From contig CATNEN010000039.1 in the NCBI GenBank assembly GCA_950097015.1, positions 3,658,001 to 3,722,000 of the forward strand: 64,000 nucleotides of DNA, read 5' to 3'. The notes beneath the pieces were generated by a model. It had not been told where the DNA came from, searched no databases, and worked only from the letters and a program-made list of their open reading frames with translations. This document shows, in pieces, positions 11,513 through 22,482 of the stretch (within the stretch, counting starts at the first letter, position 1; every line of letters starts with the position of its first letter). A program made the position numbers and the translations under genes. This DNA comes from Macrostomum hystrix (taxonomy: Eukaryota; Animalia; Platyhelminthes).

Positions 11513-11900
11513 GCTGCGCCCGCGCTCCAAGTCGCAACAGGGAGGCAGTCCTCGACCTCTGGCAATCAAACTGGACAGCTCGGAGTCTCCGGCAAACACT
11601 GGGGGCAGCGGCGCTGGCGGCGGCAGCAGCAGTGGTGCCGGTGGCGGCAGCGGAGTCTGTGTCGCTGGAGCCAGCGGTGTTGGAAATTCCTCTGCAGCCA
11701 GTGGCATCAACAGCGGTCCTAACCAGTCGGCGCCACCATGGCAGCAGCAGCAGCAGCAGCAGCAGTCTCAGCAGTCGCTTCAATCTCACAGTCATCATCA
11801 GCAGCAGCAGCACATCATGGACGGATCTGGAGCTGCTGGATCAATGTTTGCCACGCTGTCGCGCAACCGTTGGATGCCTCAGGGTGTCGCTGATTCCTGA
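11513..11900 (+). CDS. PARD3: Par-3 terminal coding exon (RLRPRSKSQ...RWMPQGVADS*)
   Basis: Phase-2 acceptor ccttaacag|G. Open G/S/Q-rich frame to TGA at 11898-11900, followed by AATAAA at 11949-11954. Confidence 0.7.
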
Positions 11901-11948
11901 TGCACCTCACTCACAATGCTACAGCTTTGCCTTGTCCCATTAGCAAGA

Positions 11949-11954
11949 AATAAA
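11949..11954 (+). terminator. Candidate polyadenylation signal (AATAAA) of Par-3
   Basis: AATAAA about 50 nt after the stop codon. Weak evidence in AT-rich DNA. Confidence 0.35.
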
Positions 11955-13607
11955 TATTATTTTGAGCAGCACTGTTCGTTAGAACACAATTGCACCAATC
12001 CTTATTAACAGTCACATCATTTTGATCACTTGATTAAAAAAACGCAATTTTTTCTTGAATTTTTTGCCTGTTTGAAAATTCTAGTCAACGCCGTAACAAG
12101 GTAACCCGTTAGATTGACTTATAACCATACAAATTTACAACTATTTACTACCAGTACTTTGTTCTTTTAGAAGCGTTGAACTTTACTTTTTAATAATCAT
12201 CTAGTCATGTTTACTGCTTCGGAGATGGCAAAGTCTTTACCACTACTCAAAATCTGCTTTAGAATATTCTTCATCATAAATTTTGTTAAAATAAATCTCA
12301 ATTGCAGTGTAGATATCGTCATCACGGAATTATTTAACAGTAGAAGCGCCATATACCCTACTTGTCAGTAGCGACAAGTATCATTTTATCATTATTTTGC
12401 TATTTTTGTGTCCAGTGTCCATTGCAAAAATTTAGTAGAAAATTTTTTTCTTAAATGTCTGTTCCTCGAAACTCAGATGTGATATTTTGTGCAATTATAT
12501 CTGGTCATTTTATTTTTTAGGGTAATTCTATCCATTCACGCTACTGATATCTATGATAGTAGGTCTGTAGCAGTAATTTTATTTTGTTTGTGTAGCGAAC
12601 AGCCTTTTCTGTTTCCTCGCTTTTTCATATCTTTTTACGATATGTAAGTACACATTTTTGATCTGCTCTCTAGTCGCTACTGCCAGTATTAACTTACTGC
12701 TTTGAAGTGTGATTCTATAGTAGATGTATATTTATACAGTGTATTGTTGCGGATGCTGTTGCATCTTTTTCAGTTAATTGTTTCGATTTTAGATTACTTT
12801 TTCCTACTTGCTCTACTGATAGTAAAAAAAGAGCGTTTAGATCGCAATTCAGAGAAGTCCGGCACAGAAATGACAGGTAATGTTTTGGCTAACCAACTCG
12901 ACTATTTCCATCGAGCCTACATGTATCGAAAAATATGTTTCCATGCCTTCTTTTTAGTTAACATTCAGTTTTAGATTAGACAATTATTTGAGTGGTAGTA
13001 ATTGTTAAATGTATTGCTCTTACCGAGTTACTGCAATATTGAAAGATGTTCAAATATTGATTTTATTTTTCATATTCATCTCACATTCGACAGCGCGGGA
13101 CTAAATCAATTGAACTTTGAGCCGCGCATTGCTCAAACAGCTGAGTTATTGATCTCCCGTTTTCTGCGTTCTCCAGTGGGTTTTTTGTTTAGTTCCTCTT
13201 CTTTTCTTTTTTAATTCATGGTAGTTCATTTTAACTGTAGATTATTGTTACTCATAGTAGTATATTTCGATAAACTTGCGTGGCGGGGGCAAAAGTAATG
13301 CTTTTTTATACTTCTAAATGTTTTTAGCCATTCTAAAGATCAGATTTTTTTGCGTTGTGATCAGATGGGTATCACCACATCGTATGTACAGCGATATCTC
13401 CGCCGAACCTGTCCGTTCACATGAGTACACTAATATACCAAACAACTGACTCATTTTGCTGCATGCCTGCTTTCTTACTTCTCTCACACACTGGCCTTCT
13501 TTTTGTGCACCTCATCGCTTCCTTTTCCTCTCATCTGTTCCATTGTTTCACTGTATCCAACTCTCTCCCTACTCTCCCTACACCTCTCCCTACATCTCTC
13601 TCCCTTC

Positions 13608-13900
13608 AGAGCGGTCAACGCGTTTGCCTCTCGCACCATGGTTTATTTGGGGTGCAGCCGCGGAGAGAACGCTTGGAGGTTTGTCGTGCAATTGAGGGCC
13701 GACCTCCAAGGTCTGCCTGTACACTGCCTGACGATGAGAAAGTCAGGGCAGATGTACACACCTGTGTGAGCGTGTGCCTGCGTACTGTATCAGTGTGCGT
13801 GTGTTCTCAGGAGTCAGCGAAATTGGCTAGGCAGAATTGCCTCCTCGCTGGCTGCGGGTCCAGTGTCACCAAATGATGTGCCATTGCCCACAGACCTCCC
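13608..13900 (+). mobile_element. tRNA-derived SINE family B, copy 1 (B-box region deleted)
   Basis: Colinear with the reverse complements of 45178-45535 and 60865-61145 (GAGCGGTC-AACGCGTTTGCCTCTC...ATGTACACACCTGTGTGAG...GAGTCAGCGAA...GGCAGAATTGCCTC). Confidence 0.75.
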
Positions 13901-14552
13901 TTCTGCCTTCTCCCTTCATCTATGTCCCTTTGATTCTCTCCCTTTAACACTATGCCATCATCATTATCCCTTTCTCAAGCCTCCTTTCTTTTTATTCTCA
14001 CTGTATATTTATCTCGGACTCACTAAGACTTCCACCTTCATGCTCACCTTGCAGAAGCAGCAGCAGCAGCAGCGGTTCCAGAGCTCTTTGCTCTTATATT
14101 ATTGCTGGCTCATCTGTACATATTTATTTACTGAAACGCATGTAATTGTGCTTGAGTACATCGACAACTAGCAATAGCAACTCGAAAGCTGTTTAAAAAA
14201 GTAGAATAAATCACTTGCGAATAGTGTGAGCACGGTAAAAACTGAGTAGAGCTATCAGTCAGGTTATTCGACTCGCGCTTAGTCCATTGTGAGTGAGCAA
14301 CTATTCACACCGCCAGAAAACCTTGCCAAATACCGTCACATATCCAGTCCATGGACTTCGTTGTATTAAAGCAATGCGACTCGAACTCTTGACCTGATTC
14401 TATTCTGGCGTCTAAAACCGAAATTAATTATGGTAGATAGCTCTAATGAATATTAACGAACAGTCAATGTTGATGTAGAGCAAATCTTCATTTCTAATAC
14501 AAAATCTAAGCACATCCATGCCACCATCCCCTCATGGCATGCCTGGAGTCTG

Positions 14553-16235
14553 TCAGATCTTGCCGTTGCGCCAGCTGTTGCAGTGCAGGTGCACCACGTA
14601 GGCCTCGGCGTGGGCTTCCAGGCAGGCCGCCTCCTCGTCCTCGTTCATGACGCCATTGGTGCGGCAGTTTGCGGCCCTGTCTTTTGAGTCCTTCTTGGCC
14701 GAGCTGACTCCAGCGATGGAGCTGAACGGATTGAAGTAGCTCGGCGGGAACACACTGACGTCGGTGCGACCATCGTCCAGGTAGTGCTGAAGCTCCTCCA
14801 TGAGCACCAGGGAGCCGGTGGTGGGCTCAGACGATGCCGGCCAGCTGGCCTGGCTCTCCCTGTGCAGCGTTGATATGAGGATAATAATAATAAGGCAAAT
14901 TTGGTTTCACATTTAAATTTCACTTGTCCGTTTGATACGAGCGCAAAGCATCCACACTGAACAACACAAACAGTGAATCCAGAAACCCTGGGGGATATAT
15001 GGGATAAAATAGGAATTTTGTGTCAACTTAAGGCTCTGGAACAGGGGTAAGCAAACTTATTTGCTGGCGGTCCAAAGAGAGAACCAAAAAGACGACAGCG
15101 GGTTGCATTGACTGTATAAATATGAGATAAGGTAGAGATGAGACACGGGAGAGATGAGACACGGGAGAGATGAGACACGAGAGAGATGAGACACGGAAGA
15201 GATGAGACACGAGAGAGATGAGACACGGGAGAGATGAGACACGGGAGAGATGAGACACGGGTGAGATGAGACACGGGACAGATGGGACACGGGTGAGATG
15301 GAACAGGATACTGTAGGTGTCGGGGCAACGGGCCGGATTTGGGAGCTTCGAGGGCCGCATCTGGCGCGCGGGCCGGAGTTCGCCGACCCCTGCTCTAGAA
15401 TGAACTTCGAGGTCAATTCTCGAACCAAATCGACTGAAGTCAGCAGCTGGTCAATCCAGTCGACTAGAAACGCTGAGACATCTCAACCCCGTCCTTCCTG
15501 TGGTATCGACCAGCTACTGCAGACTTCAATTGGTTTGTTTCGAGGATTGACCTCGGGCTGCATTCTAGAGCCTAAAGTTGACATCCCCATTTCTCACCTG
15601 TGGGTGGCAACAATCCGCTTGAGCAGCACCAGCCAGAACTTGTGCTCAGGTCTGGAGGCCATCAGCGAGTTCTGCACGTAGCTGCCATTGACATTGCGCA
15701 TCCAGCGGCCCTCCATGCCGGCGAACACGAGCGCGGACTGGCGCAGCAGCGGTCGAAAGTCCTTCAAGCAGACTGTGTCCAGGTCAGCGTAGATTCCGCC
15801 ATGGTGCAGCAGGTAGGCATATTTGGCCAGGTCCGCCTTCTGCGCCCCGCTCTTCAGGCACTCGTAGGTGGGCAGCAGCCAGGGAAAGTGCATCCCGATG
15901 AGGCGCCGGTTGTCCTCGTCGGTCCACAGGATGTGCCGACATTCGGGCAGGCAGCGGTTCCAGCTGTCTCGCCATCGTTTGGCCCGTGCACTCAGCAGCC
16001 CCTGCGCCTTCCAGGTCTGATGAACGATGCATGGGATGCCGCCCTCGGTCACAATGTCTGAGGTGGCCAACCTGCGCTCTTCACTGGCGCCGGTGCCTAT
16101 TGGGAAGAGCGAACGACCCAGTAGGCCACCGCATAGCAACAGGGCGGCAACCGCGGCTAATCTGAATGCAATGCTGGACGTCTCTTGAGTGAAGAGCCGC
16201 CTGGACGCCGGCTTGAACCATGCGAAGCGATTCAT
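14553..16235 (-). CDS. GT32-family (Gly_transf_sug, DxD) glycosyltransferase paralogue A; exons 15598-16235 and 14553-14859
   Basis: N-terminal TM (LAAVAALLLCGGLLG), IPCIVHQTWK, LWTDEDNR, QKADLAKYAYLLHHGGIYADLD (DxD), NSLMASRPEHKFW. Spliced CAC AG|gtgaga...cacag|G GAG to TTGSLVLMEEL...FPPSYFNPF...YVVHLHCNSW. ATG at 16235. Confidence 0.88.
15021..15583. mobile_element. Hairpin (long-TIR) MITE interrupted by the hAT MITE
   Basis: After removing 15042-15392 and one TSD copy, the left arm TGTCAACTTAAGGCTCTAGAATGAACTTCGAGGTCAATTCTCGAACCAAATCGACTGAAGTC pairs over about 80 bp with the reverse complement of the right arm, TGTCAACTTTAGGCTCTAGAATGCAGCCCGAGGTCAATCCTCGAAACAAACCAATTGAAGTC. Confidence 0.75.
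15042..15392. mobile_element. hAT (Charlie-like) MITE with an 8-bp TSD, containing a 16-bp minisatellite
   Basis: TIRs CAGGGGTAAGCAAACT / AGTTCGCCGACCCCTG, subterminal GGCCCG-type motifs, TSD CTCTGGAA / CTCTAGAA (NTCTAGAN target). Confidence 0.85.
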
Positions 16236-16972
16236 TTTTGTGCAGCAAGTGGCGGAACATTCAGTCTGCACTGGTTCTCTGCTCCAGTCTTATGTAGATT
16301 CAGCCATGGCAGCGCACACCGTGAGGGCACTGAAACTTGCTGCGCATGGCCAGACACAGTTGTGTATTTAAAAAAAGACAGCCACAGCTCGGAAGACACT
16401 GTACTCTTGCACAATGGAAGAACTGCCAAAGACTAAAATTACCCCTCAGTGAACCCCGTGACCTGTCTACGTATTGCTTCTCTAGTACTCTTCACGCACC
16501 ATAGTGGGTGACAGACGGCCCACTAAACTCAGATTGTGGTACGTACTGCTAAACAACACACTGCATGTGCGTGCGTCAATCATCAGTGTTCCATGCCAAG
16601 CTAACAATAAAGTTGGTTTACACCTCGTTGGTAGTTCGCTTTAGTGACAGGTAGATCTTGCAATTTCTTCGAGACAACTCTGCAGAATCTTCGCAGGAAA
16701 TTGTTCTGGAAGATATTTGCTCGGGATTACTGAAAGCTTTCCCTCAAAGTTTCCGGTGTCGCAGAAGGAAAAGTTTGCATAATGTAACTAGAACAATAGG
16801 AAATTTTCTTTGCAGGAAATAGCAGGTTTCTTTGCACCGTTAAAACACATTGTGGCTGCCGAGAGCAAGGGGGGATTTTCCATCAGGATTTGGACCGATT
16901 CAGTGTGGAAGTGTCTTACCTGTGCGAAATAAATTAGTTGGATTTTTCGCAGTTCCAGCTGCAGCCCATGAA

Positions 16973-17689
16973 ATGGTGTTTCGAATCAGTGGACTGGGAG
17001 TTCTTCTGCTTCAGAAGTGTTGCCAGCTTGTCCTGCAGTGTCCAGCGCCGTTCAGCATGCAGTCTGGCCTGTGCCTATTTGTCAACAGCTCGCAGAGCTT
17101 CAGCTGGTGCGCAGCCAATCAGCAGTGCGCATCGATCGGCGGTGAGCTCCTGAACTCGTACGGCTCGATTAAGATATTCCGAAACTTGAGTGCCTGCAGC
17201 TGCGAACTCTGGGTGGGGCTCAACGATCTGGCAGATGAGAGAAACAAGAGCAGGGCCGGCTGGATGCGAGTCAACGGGAACGGCGTCTTCCCGGAAGACA
17301 ACAGTCTGTTTTCCTCAGGCGAGCCGTCTGGTCGTCTGAGAGAAAACTGTTTGCGCCTGAAAAATACAAGCCGTCTAGCAGATTCTGGCTGCCAAACAAA
17401 TTTCGGCTTCGTGTGCGAGTTTGTCAGCCAAAGCCGGAGACAAGCCGCCGCGATCTGGTCAGCCGCAGCCTTCAAGCGTCAGCAGTATAACTCGGCGTAC
17501 TGCTTCTACGAAGACAAGAATGTGCTCAACGCTCTGCAGTGCATGGCGGCTGCTGTGAGCTCAGGCAGCAGCAGGCAGGTGCTGTACAACAGCGGCCTGA
17601 GCACCTGCCGCCTGCTGCAGTTCGCTGACTCGCAGGTTGACGAGTGGATCGAGACTAGCACCGACTGGGTCAAGTTTGAGATGGTCTGA
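16973..17689 (+). CDS. C-type lectin domain protein with a C-terminal PAN/apple-like segment
   Basis: CPAPF...CLFVN...SWCAANQQCASIGGEL...LWVGLND...EPSG..ENC...DSGC...FVCE is a CTLD signature. The C-terminal C...LQC...YN....CRL pattern is apple-like. Hydrophobic N-terminus from ATG 16973; start uncertain. Confidence 0.78.
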   Translation: MVFRISGLGVLLLQKCCQLVLQCPAPFSMQSGLCLFVNSSQSFSWCAANQQCASIGGELLNSYGSIKIFRNLSACSCELWVGLNDLADERNKSRAGWMRVNGNGVFPEDNSLFSSGEPSGRLRENCLRLKNTSRLADSGCQTNFGFVCEFVSQSRRQAAAIWSAAAFKRQQYNSAYCFYEDKNVLNALQCMAAAVSSGSSRQVLYNSGLSTCRLLQFADSQVDEWIETSTDWVKFEMV

Positions 17690-18086
17690 GTTGAATTCTA
17701 CCACCAAGAGTGATGGTTCAGGGCTGGTTCGTTGCTGAAAACACATTTTAAGAGAGACGAGATTCGAGAACCGTAACTCCAAACAGTACTACTTAAAGTA
17801 GTGCAGTTGACATTTATTTCTGATTTTAATGGCAGTTCAGTTTAAAGACGACGATCCGTTTTGGCCCCATAATTTCAGTGTGTTTATCACAAACAGGACG
17901 CAAGTGCAAACAAACAAAAATACAAATGTGCAGCCAATAAATCTATTAAAACTTTTCTCTAGTTCAAAACAATTTGCGCTGGCTAATGTAAATAAAAACT
18001 CGACTAAGCCAAGCCATACAAGTTGGCAGCAAAGTACAAGCTTGGGAAATTCAAATGCATAATTCCGTGAGCCAGAGTCTCAAGAC

Positions 18087-20305
18087 TCAGGCCTTTCCAC
18101 CTCCCCAGGTCTTGCTGTGCATCTGCACCACATAGGCATCGGGAAACGCGGCCAGACACGCCTTCGCGTCAGACTCTGTCATCGCGCCTTTAATCTTGCA
18201 CTCCGGCCTCTTGTTGGTGATCCAGCTGAACGGATTGAAGTGGTTCGCTGGAAAAATCACCGCGTCCTTGAACTTGTCGTCCAGGTACTCCTGTAGCTCC
18301 TCCATGAGGATGAGGGGCCCCGTCACCTCTTCGGCGCCTCCTTGCAGATTCTTGCGATACCTGCGGCTGATTCTGTGCAGGAGGCCGACCCAGAACGGGT
18401 GGCCGCGACTGGAGGCCATGAAGGAGTTCTGCACGTAGCTGCCGTTCACGCTCCTGTACCAGTGGCCCTTTAAATTGGAATAGGTGAGTTGCGGGTCTTA
18501 ACTTGGACCTAATATTATTGTTGTTGCTGTTAGTATCTATCTATCTATATATCTATCTATCGATATATCTATCTATCTATATATCTATCTATTTATCTAT
18601 TTATCTATCTATGTATCTATCTATCTACGTATCTATCTATCTATCTATGTATCTATCTATCTATTTATCTATCTATCTATGTATCTATCTATCTATCTAT
18701 CGTCACGTCACGTCACGACGTCACGTGACCATCAGACTTGATTAGTGACGTCAGAACGTCCTAGCAAGAGGGCTATTAAAAAGTTACATGAAACATCTGG
18801 CAATTCAGAGTGGCTCTCACCTCCATGCCTCCGAAGACCAGGCTCCAGCCGCGCAGCAAATGCCGGAAGTCTCTCACGCACACGGTGTCAATATCCGCAT
18901 AGATACCGCCCTGGTGCACCAAGTAGAGGATCCTGGCAATGTCCGCTCTCTGGACGCCACTTTTGACACCGTTGTAGACCGGGAGCAGCCAGGGGAAATG
19001 GCTCTCGACCAGGCGGAGGTTGTCCGCATCAGTCCAGAGAATGTGCCGACAGTCGGGTAGACAGCGGGACCAGGTCTTGCGCCACCTGGCGATCCTAGCG
19101 CTCGGCATGGTCTGATTCTTCCAGCTCTGGTGCACAATGCATGGAATGATTTCAGGTACCACTGTTGGCTTTTGTTCACCTGATGGGGGCTTTCCGGTAA
19201 GCTTTTGCTGACGTTTTTGTTTTTTCTTTGTAGTCTTTCGCTCAGGTGTGTCATGCTTTCCGATAGGTTTTTGAGCATGTGTTTCATGTTTTATAAAAGG
19301 CTTTCGCTCAGGTGTTTCGTGTTTATCGATTGGCTTTCGCTCAGGTGTCTCGTGTTTATCGATACTCTTTTTCTCAAGTGTCTCGTGTTTATCGATACTT
19401 TTTCTCTCAGGTGCCTCGTGTTTATCGATACTTTTTCTCTCAGGTGCCTCGTGTTTATCGATACTCTTTTTCTCAAGTGTCTCGTGTTTATCGATACTCT
19501 TTTTCTCAAGTGTCTCGTGTTTATCGATACTCTGTTTCTCAGGTGTCTCGTGTTTATCGATACTTTTTCTCTCAGGTGCCTCGTGTTTATCGATACTCTT
19601 TCTCTCAGGTGCCTCGTGTTTATCGATTGGCTTTCGCTCAGGTGTCTCGTGTTTATCGATTATCTCAGGTGTCTCGTGTTTATCGATACTCTTTCTCTCA
19701 GGTGCCTCGTTTTTATCGATACTCTTTCTCTCAGGTACCTCGTGTTTATAGATACTCTTTCTCTCAGGTACCTCGTGTTTATCGATTATCTCAGGTGTCT
19801 CGTGTTTATCGATTGGCTCTCGCTCAGGTGTCTCATCCTGTTCACTTTGCTTGTGTTCGATTGTTTCAAAGCTTATGTTTGACAGCAGCTCAGTGGCTAG
19901 ATTCTGCTCAACCTCCTTAGTTTTTTCTAATTTCTCTTTAGCCAGGTGTTTTGGTGTTCCAGTCTTTTTATTATGCTTCTGTCTGTGAATTGCAGATTGA
20001 CTTGGAATGTCAGGCGCAGATGCTTCAGACCTGGTGGCTCGAGTCCGACTTCGGTATTTCAAGTTGGCAGATTTGGCAGTTAGACCGGTGTCATCCAGCC
20101 TGGCTGATTCTAATTTTCCTGACTGTGGTCGGACTGGTGTCTTCCCTGCATGCTCAGACGCCTCCTTTGACGGCGGCCGCTGTGAGTTTACGGCGTACCG
20201 CCCAGGTGAGAAGCTGGAGCTGAAGATCAGGCCCAATATGCAGAAAACATAGCAACCGATGCATAGAATCACAAAGCGCCTCTGACAGAACCACGACTGG
20301 GACAT
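18087..20305 (-). CDS. GT32-family glycosyltransferase paralogue B with an expanded repetitive stem; exons 18821-20305 and 18087-18467
   Basis: TM (FVILCIGCYVFCILGLIF), 11-aa repeats, IPCIVHQSWK, LWTDADN, QRADIARILYLVHQGGIYADID. Spliced ATG GAG|gtgaga...ttaaag|GGC CAC to VNGSYVQNSFMAS...YVVQMHSKTWGGGKA*. Confidence 0.88.
18534..18700. repeat. (TATC)n microsatellite in the paralogue B intron
   Basis: Direct inspection. Confidence 0.95.
19232..19838 (-). repeat. Coding minisatellite, 33-bp unit (DKHETPERKSI) with a 27-bp variant
   Basis: In frame within the GT32 paralogue B stem. Confidence 0.9.
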
Positions 20306-20424
20306 GGCAGTTTTGCTGAGTGGATAGGTGAGTAGGTAGGCTGGCCGCTACGCATTTTGGCCTTTTAAATAGCGAACTCTTAGGTGCGTACACAACTTTG
20401 CTAGCTGCCGAGAGTTACGTAAAA

Positions 20425-20702
20425 GGGCGCGACCCCTATAATTTAGGAAGGTGTCACCCCAAGGATTTGAAGGGCGCAACCCCTAGGATTTGGAGGGCGC
20501 CACCCCTAATATTCTGAGGGCGCCACCCCTAGGATTTGGAGGGCGCCACCCCTAGGATTTGGAGGGCGCCACCCCTAGGATTCTGAGGGTGCCACCCCTA
20601 GGATTCTGAGGGTGCCACCCCTATGATTCTGAGGGCGCCACCCCTAAGATTCTGAGGGCGCCACCCCTAGGATTTGGAGGGCGCCACCCCTAGGATTTGG
20701 AG
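20425..20702. repeat. Minisatellite, 23-bp unit AGGGCGCCACCCCTAGGATTTGG
   Basis: Direct inspection. Confidence 0.9.
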
Positions 20703-21264
20703 TACGTGTGAGAATCCCCTTGCGTTGTGAAAACTCTTTCGTTTTAGCTTGGCCTATTTTTAAAAGCTGACTTATTCTGGAGAACGAGTACAATCTACGT
20801 CTGAAGTAGGCAATTAGCAAACTGAAACTTACCTTTCTCAGGTCCTGTCTGAAATGTTCCTTCCGAGTAAGCTAGTCTGCTCGGTCTTGTGAAACATTGA
20901 CTTGCATGCCGTTTTGAGTATCGTGCACGCAAGAAAGCAATGGTTAAAAGAGGGAGAGAGGCGAACAGGGCTGGTGGTAGTTACACTCAGATAAACTGCT
21001 CAAATTTTGCGCACAATAGTAGAGTAGCCAATAAAATTTCTATTGTGCTAAGCAATCTCCGTGGACATCTCAACACACACCAGCGCTTTGCGATGCTAGC
21101 AAGCGTGCATCGACCTGAGCTCAGGACTAAAAGTGAGTACAATATGTAGCTATTATTTTGTAGTTCTGTTGTTTCTGTTGGCGAGAATTTTTAGACTGTA
21201 GACAGGAAAATACTTTCAATTAGACAGACAAGAATCGTCTGATTGGTCATATGAGAAACCCTAA

Positions 21265-21920
21265 CTAGACAGGTGAGAATCTACTAACTAGAAATTTGAG
21301 AATCTCTTGATTTAACAGGTGAGAATCTCTCGATTAGCCAGGTGAGAATCTCCTGATTAGACAGGTGAGAATCTCCTGATTAGACAGGTGAGAATCTCCT
21401 GATTAGACAGGTGAGAATCTCCTGATTAGACAGGTGAGAATCTCCTGATTAGACAGGTGAGAATCTCCTGATTAGACAGGTGAGAATCTATTGATTAGAC
21501 AGGTGAGAATCTCCTGATTAGACAGGTGAGAATCTCCTGATTAGACAGGTGAGAATCTCCTGATTAGACAGGGGAGAATCTCTCAATTAGACAGGTGAGA
21601 ATCTCCTGATTAGACAGGTGAGAATCTCCTGATTAGACAGGTGAGAATCTCTCGATTAGCCAGGTGAGAATCTCTCGATTAGCCAGGTGAGAATCTCCTG
21701 ATTAGACAGGTGAGAATCTCCTGATTAGACAGGTGAGAATCTCCTGATTAGACAGGTGAGAATCTCCTGATTAGACAGGTGAGAATCTCCTGATTAGACA
21801 GGTGAGAATCTCCTGATTAGACAGGTGAGAATCTCCTGATTAGACAGGTGAGAATCTCCTGATTAGACAGATAAGAATCTATTGATTAGACAGGCGAGAA
21901 TCTCTTGATTAGACATGTGA
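21265..21920. repeat. Minisatellite, 23-bp unit TAGACAGGTGAGAATCTCCTGAT
   Basis: Direct inspection. Confidence 0.95.
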
Positions 21921-21953
21921 CGTATTACACTTTATTTTATTTTATTTTTAGCT

Positions 21954-22235
21954 AGAGGTTGTAGCCTTGTGGTTAGAGCGTCGGACTCACGACTCACGGT
22001 CGGGGTTCGATTCCCGACTCCACTGTAACAATTTGTGTCCTTTAGCAAAACACTTCAGTTCACCCAGCTGTTAAATGGGTACCAGCATTAGCTGGGGTAA
22101 TTGAGGGTGGGTGTGGCGTCCCTCCAGTCCATGGACTGAACAGCCGTACGCAGTCTTCAGATGCGCCGCGCAATAGCTGCGGAGTTGCTGTCGGCTGCAC
22201 ATCTGCCGAATTATTAATCAATTAATCAAATAATT
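21954..22235 (+). mobile_element. tRNA-derived SINE family A (CORE-like domain)
   Basis: Head GGTTGTAGCCTTGTGGTTAGAGCG...GGTTCGATTCC; GTGTCCTTTAGCAAAACACTT...CACCCAGCTGTTAAATGGGTACC; palindrome CAGTCCATGGACTG; AT-rich tail. Confidence 0.75.
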
Positions 22236-22482
22236 TGTAATTATGATTGTCATTTACTTGAAGCAGAAAGTAGAAAGTGTGATACAAAAATGATCGAGAG
22301 TAAAACAAATTCAATAAGGAAAAACTAACCTTTTAGACAATTGTAAGTCAACTTTCAGAAAAGCTGTCAGGCTTTAAAAGCTTTTACCCTACCCTACCCT
22401 ACCAACCCTTTACCCTAACTGCATGGTCAGAAAGCACAACAAAGGTAATGTTTAGAGCCAATAGAAAGGCTTGGGAAATTTG

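Noticed and set aside
13720-13760. CTGACGA...GAAA as a hammerhead ribozyme core in SINE B
   Set aside because: Only 3 nt lie between CTGACGA and GAAA (no stem II), no stem III/NUH can be formed, and CTGAC simply pairs with GTCAG in a plain hairpin.
13825-13900. HDV-like ribozyme suggested by GCC-TCCTCGCT-GGC
   Set aside because: No upstream P1 partner for TGCGGGT, no correctly placed GG for P1.1 and no convincing P2/J4-2; the motif is not preserved in copy 3.
18701-18753. Cluster of CRE/E-box-like words (CGTCACGTCACG..., TGACGTCA) in the paralogue B intron
   Set aside because: Adjacent to a microsatellite and explicable as a short (CGTCA)n slippage product; no evidence of regulatory function.
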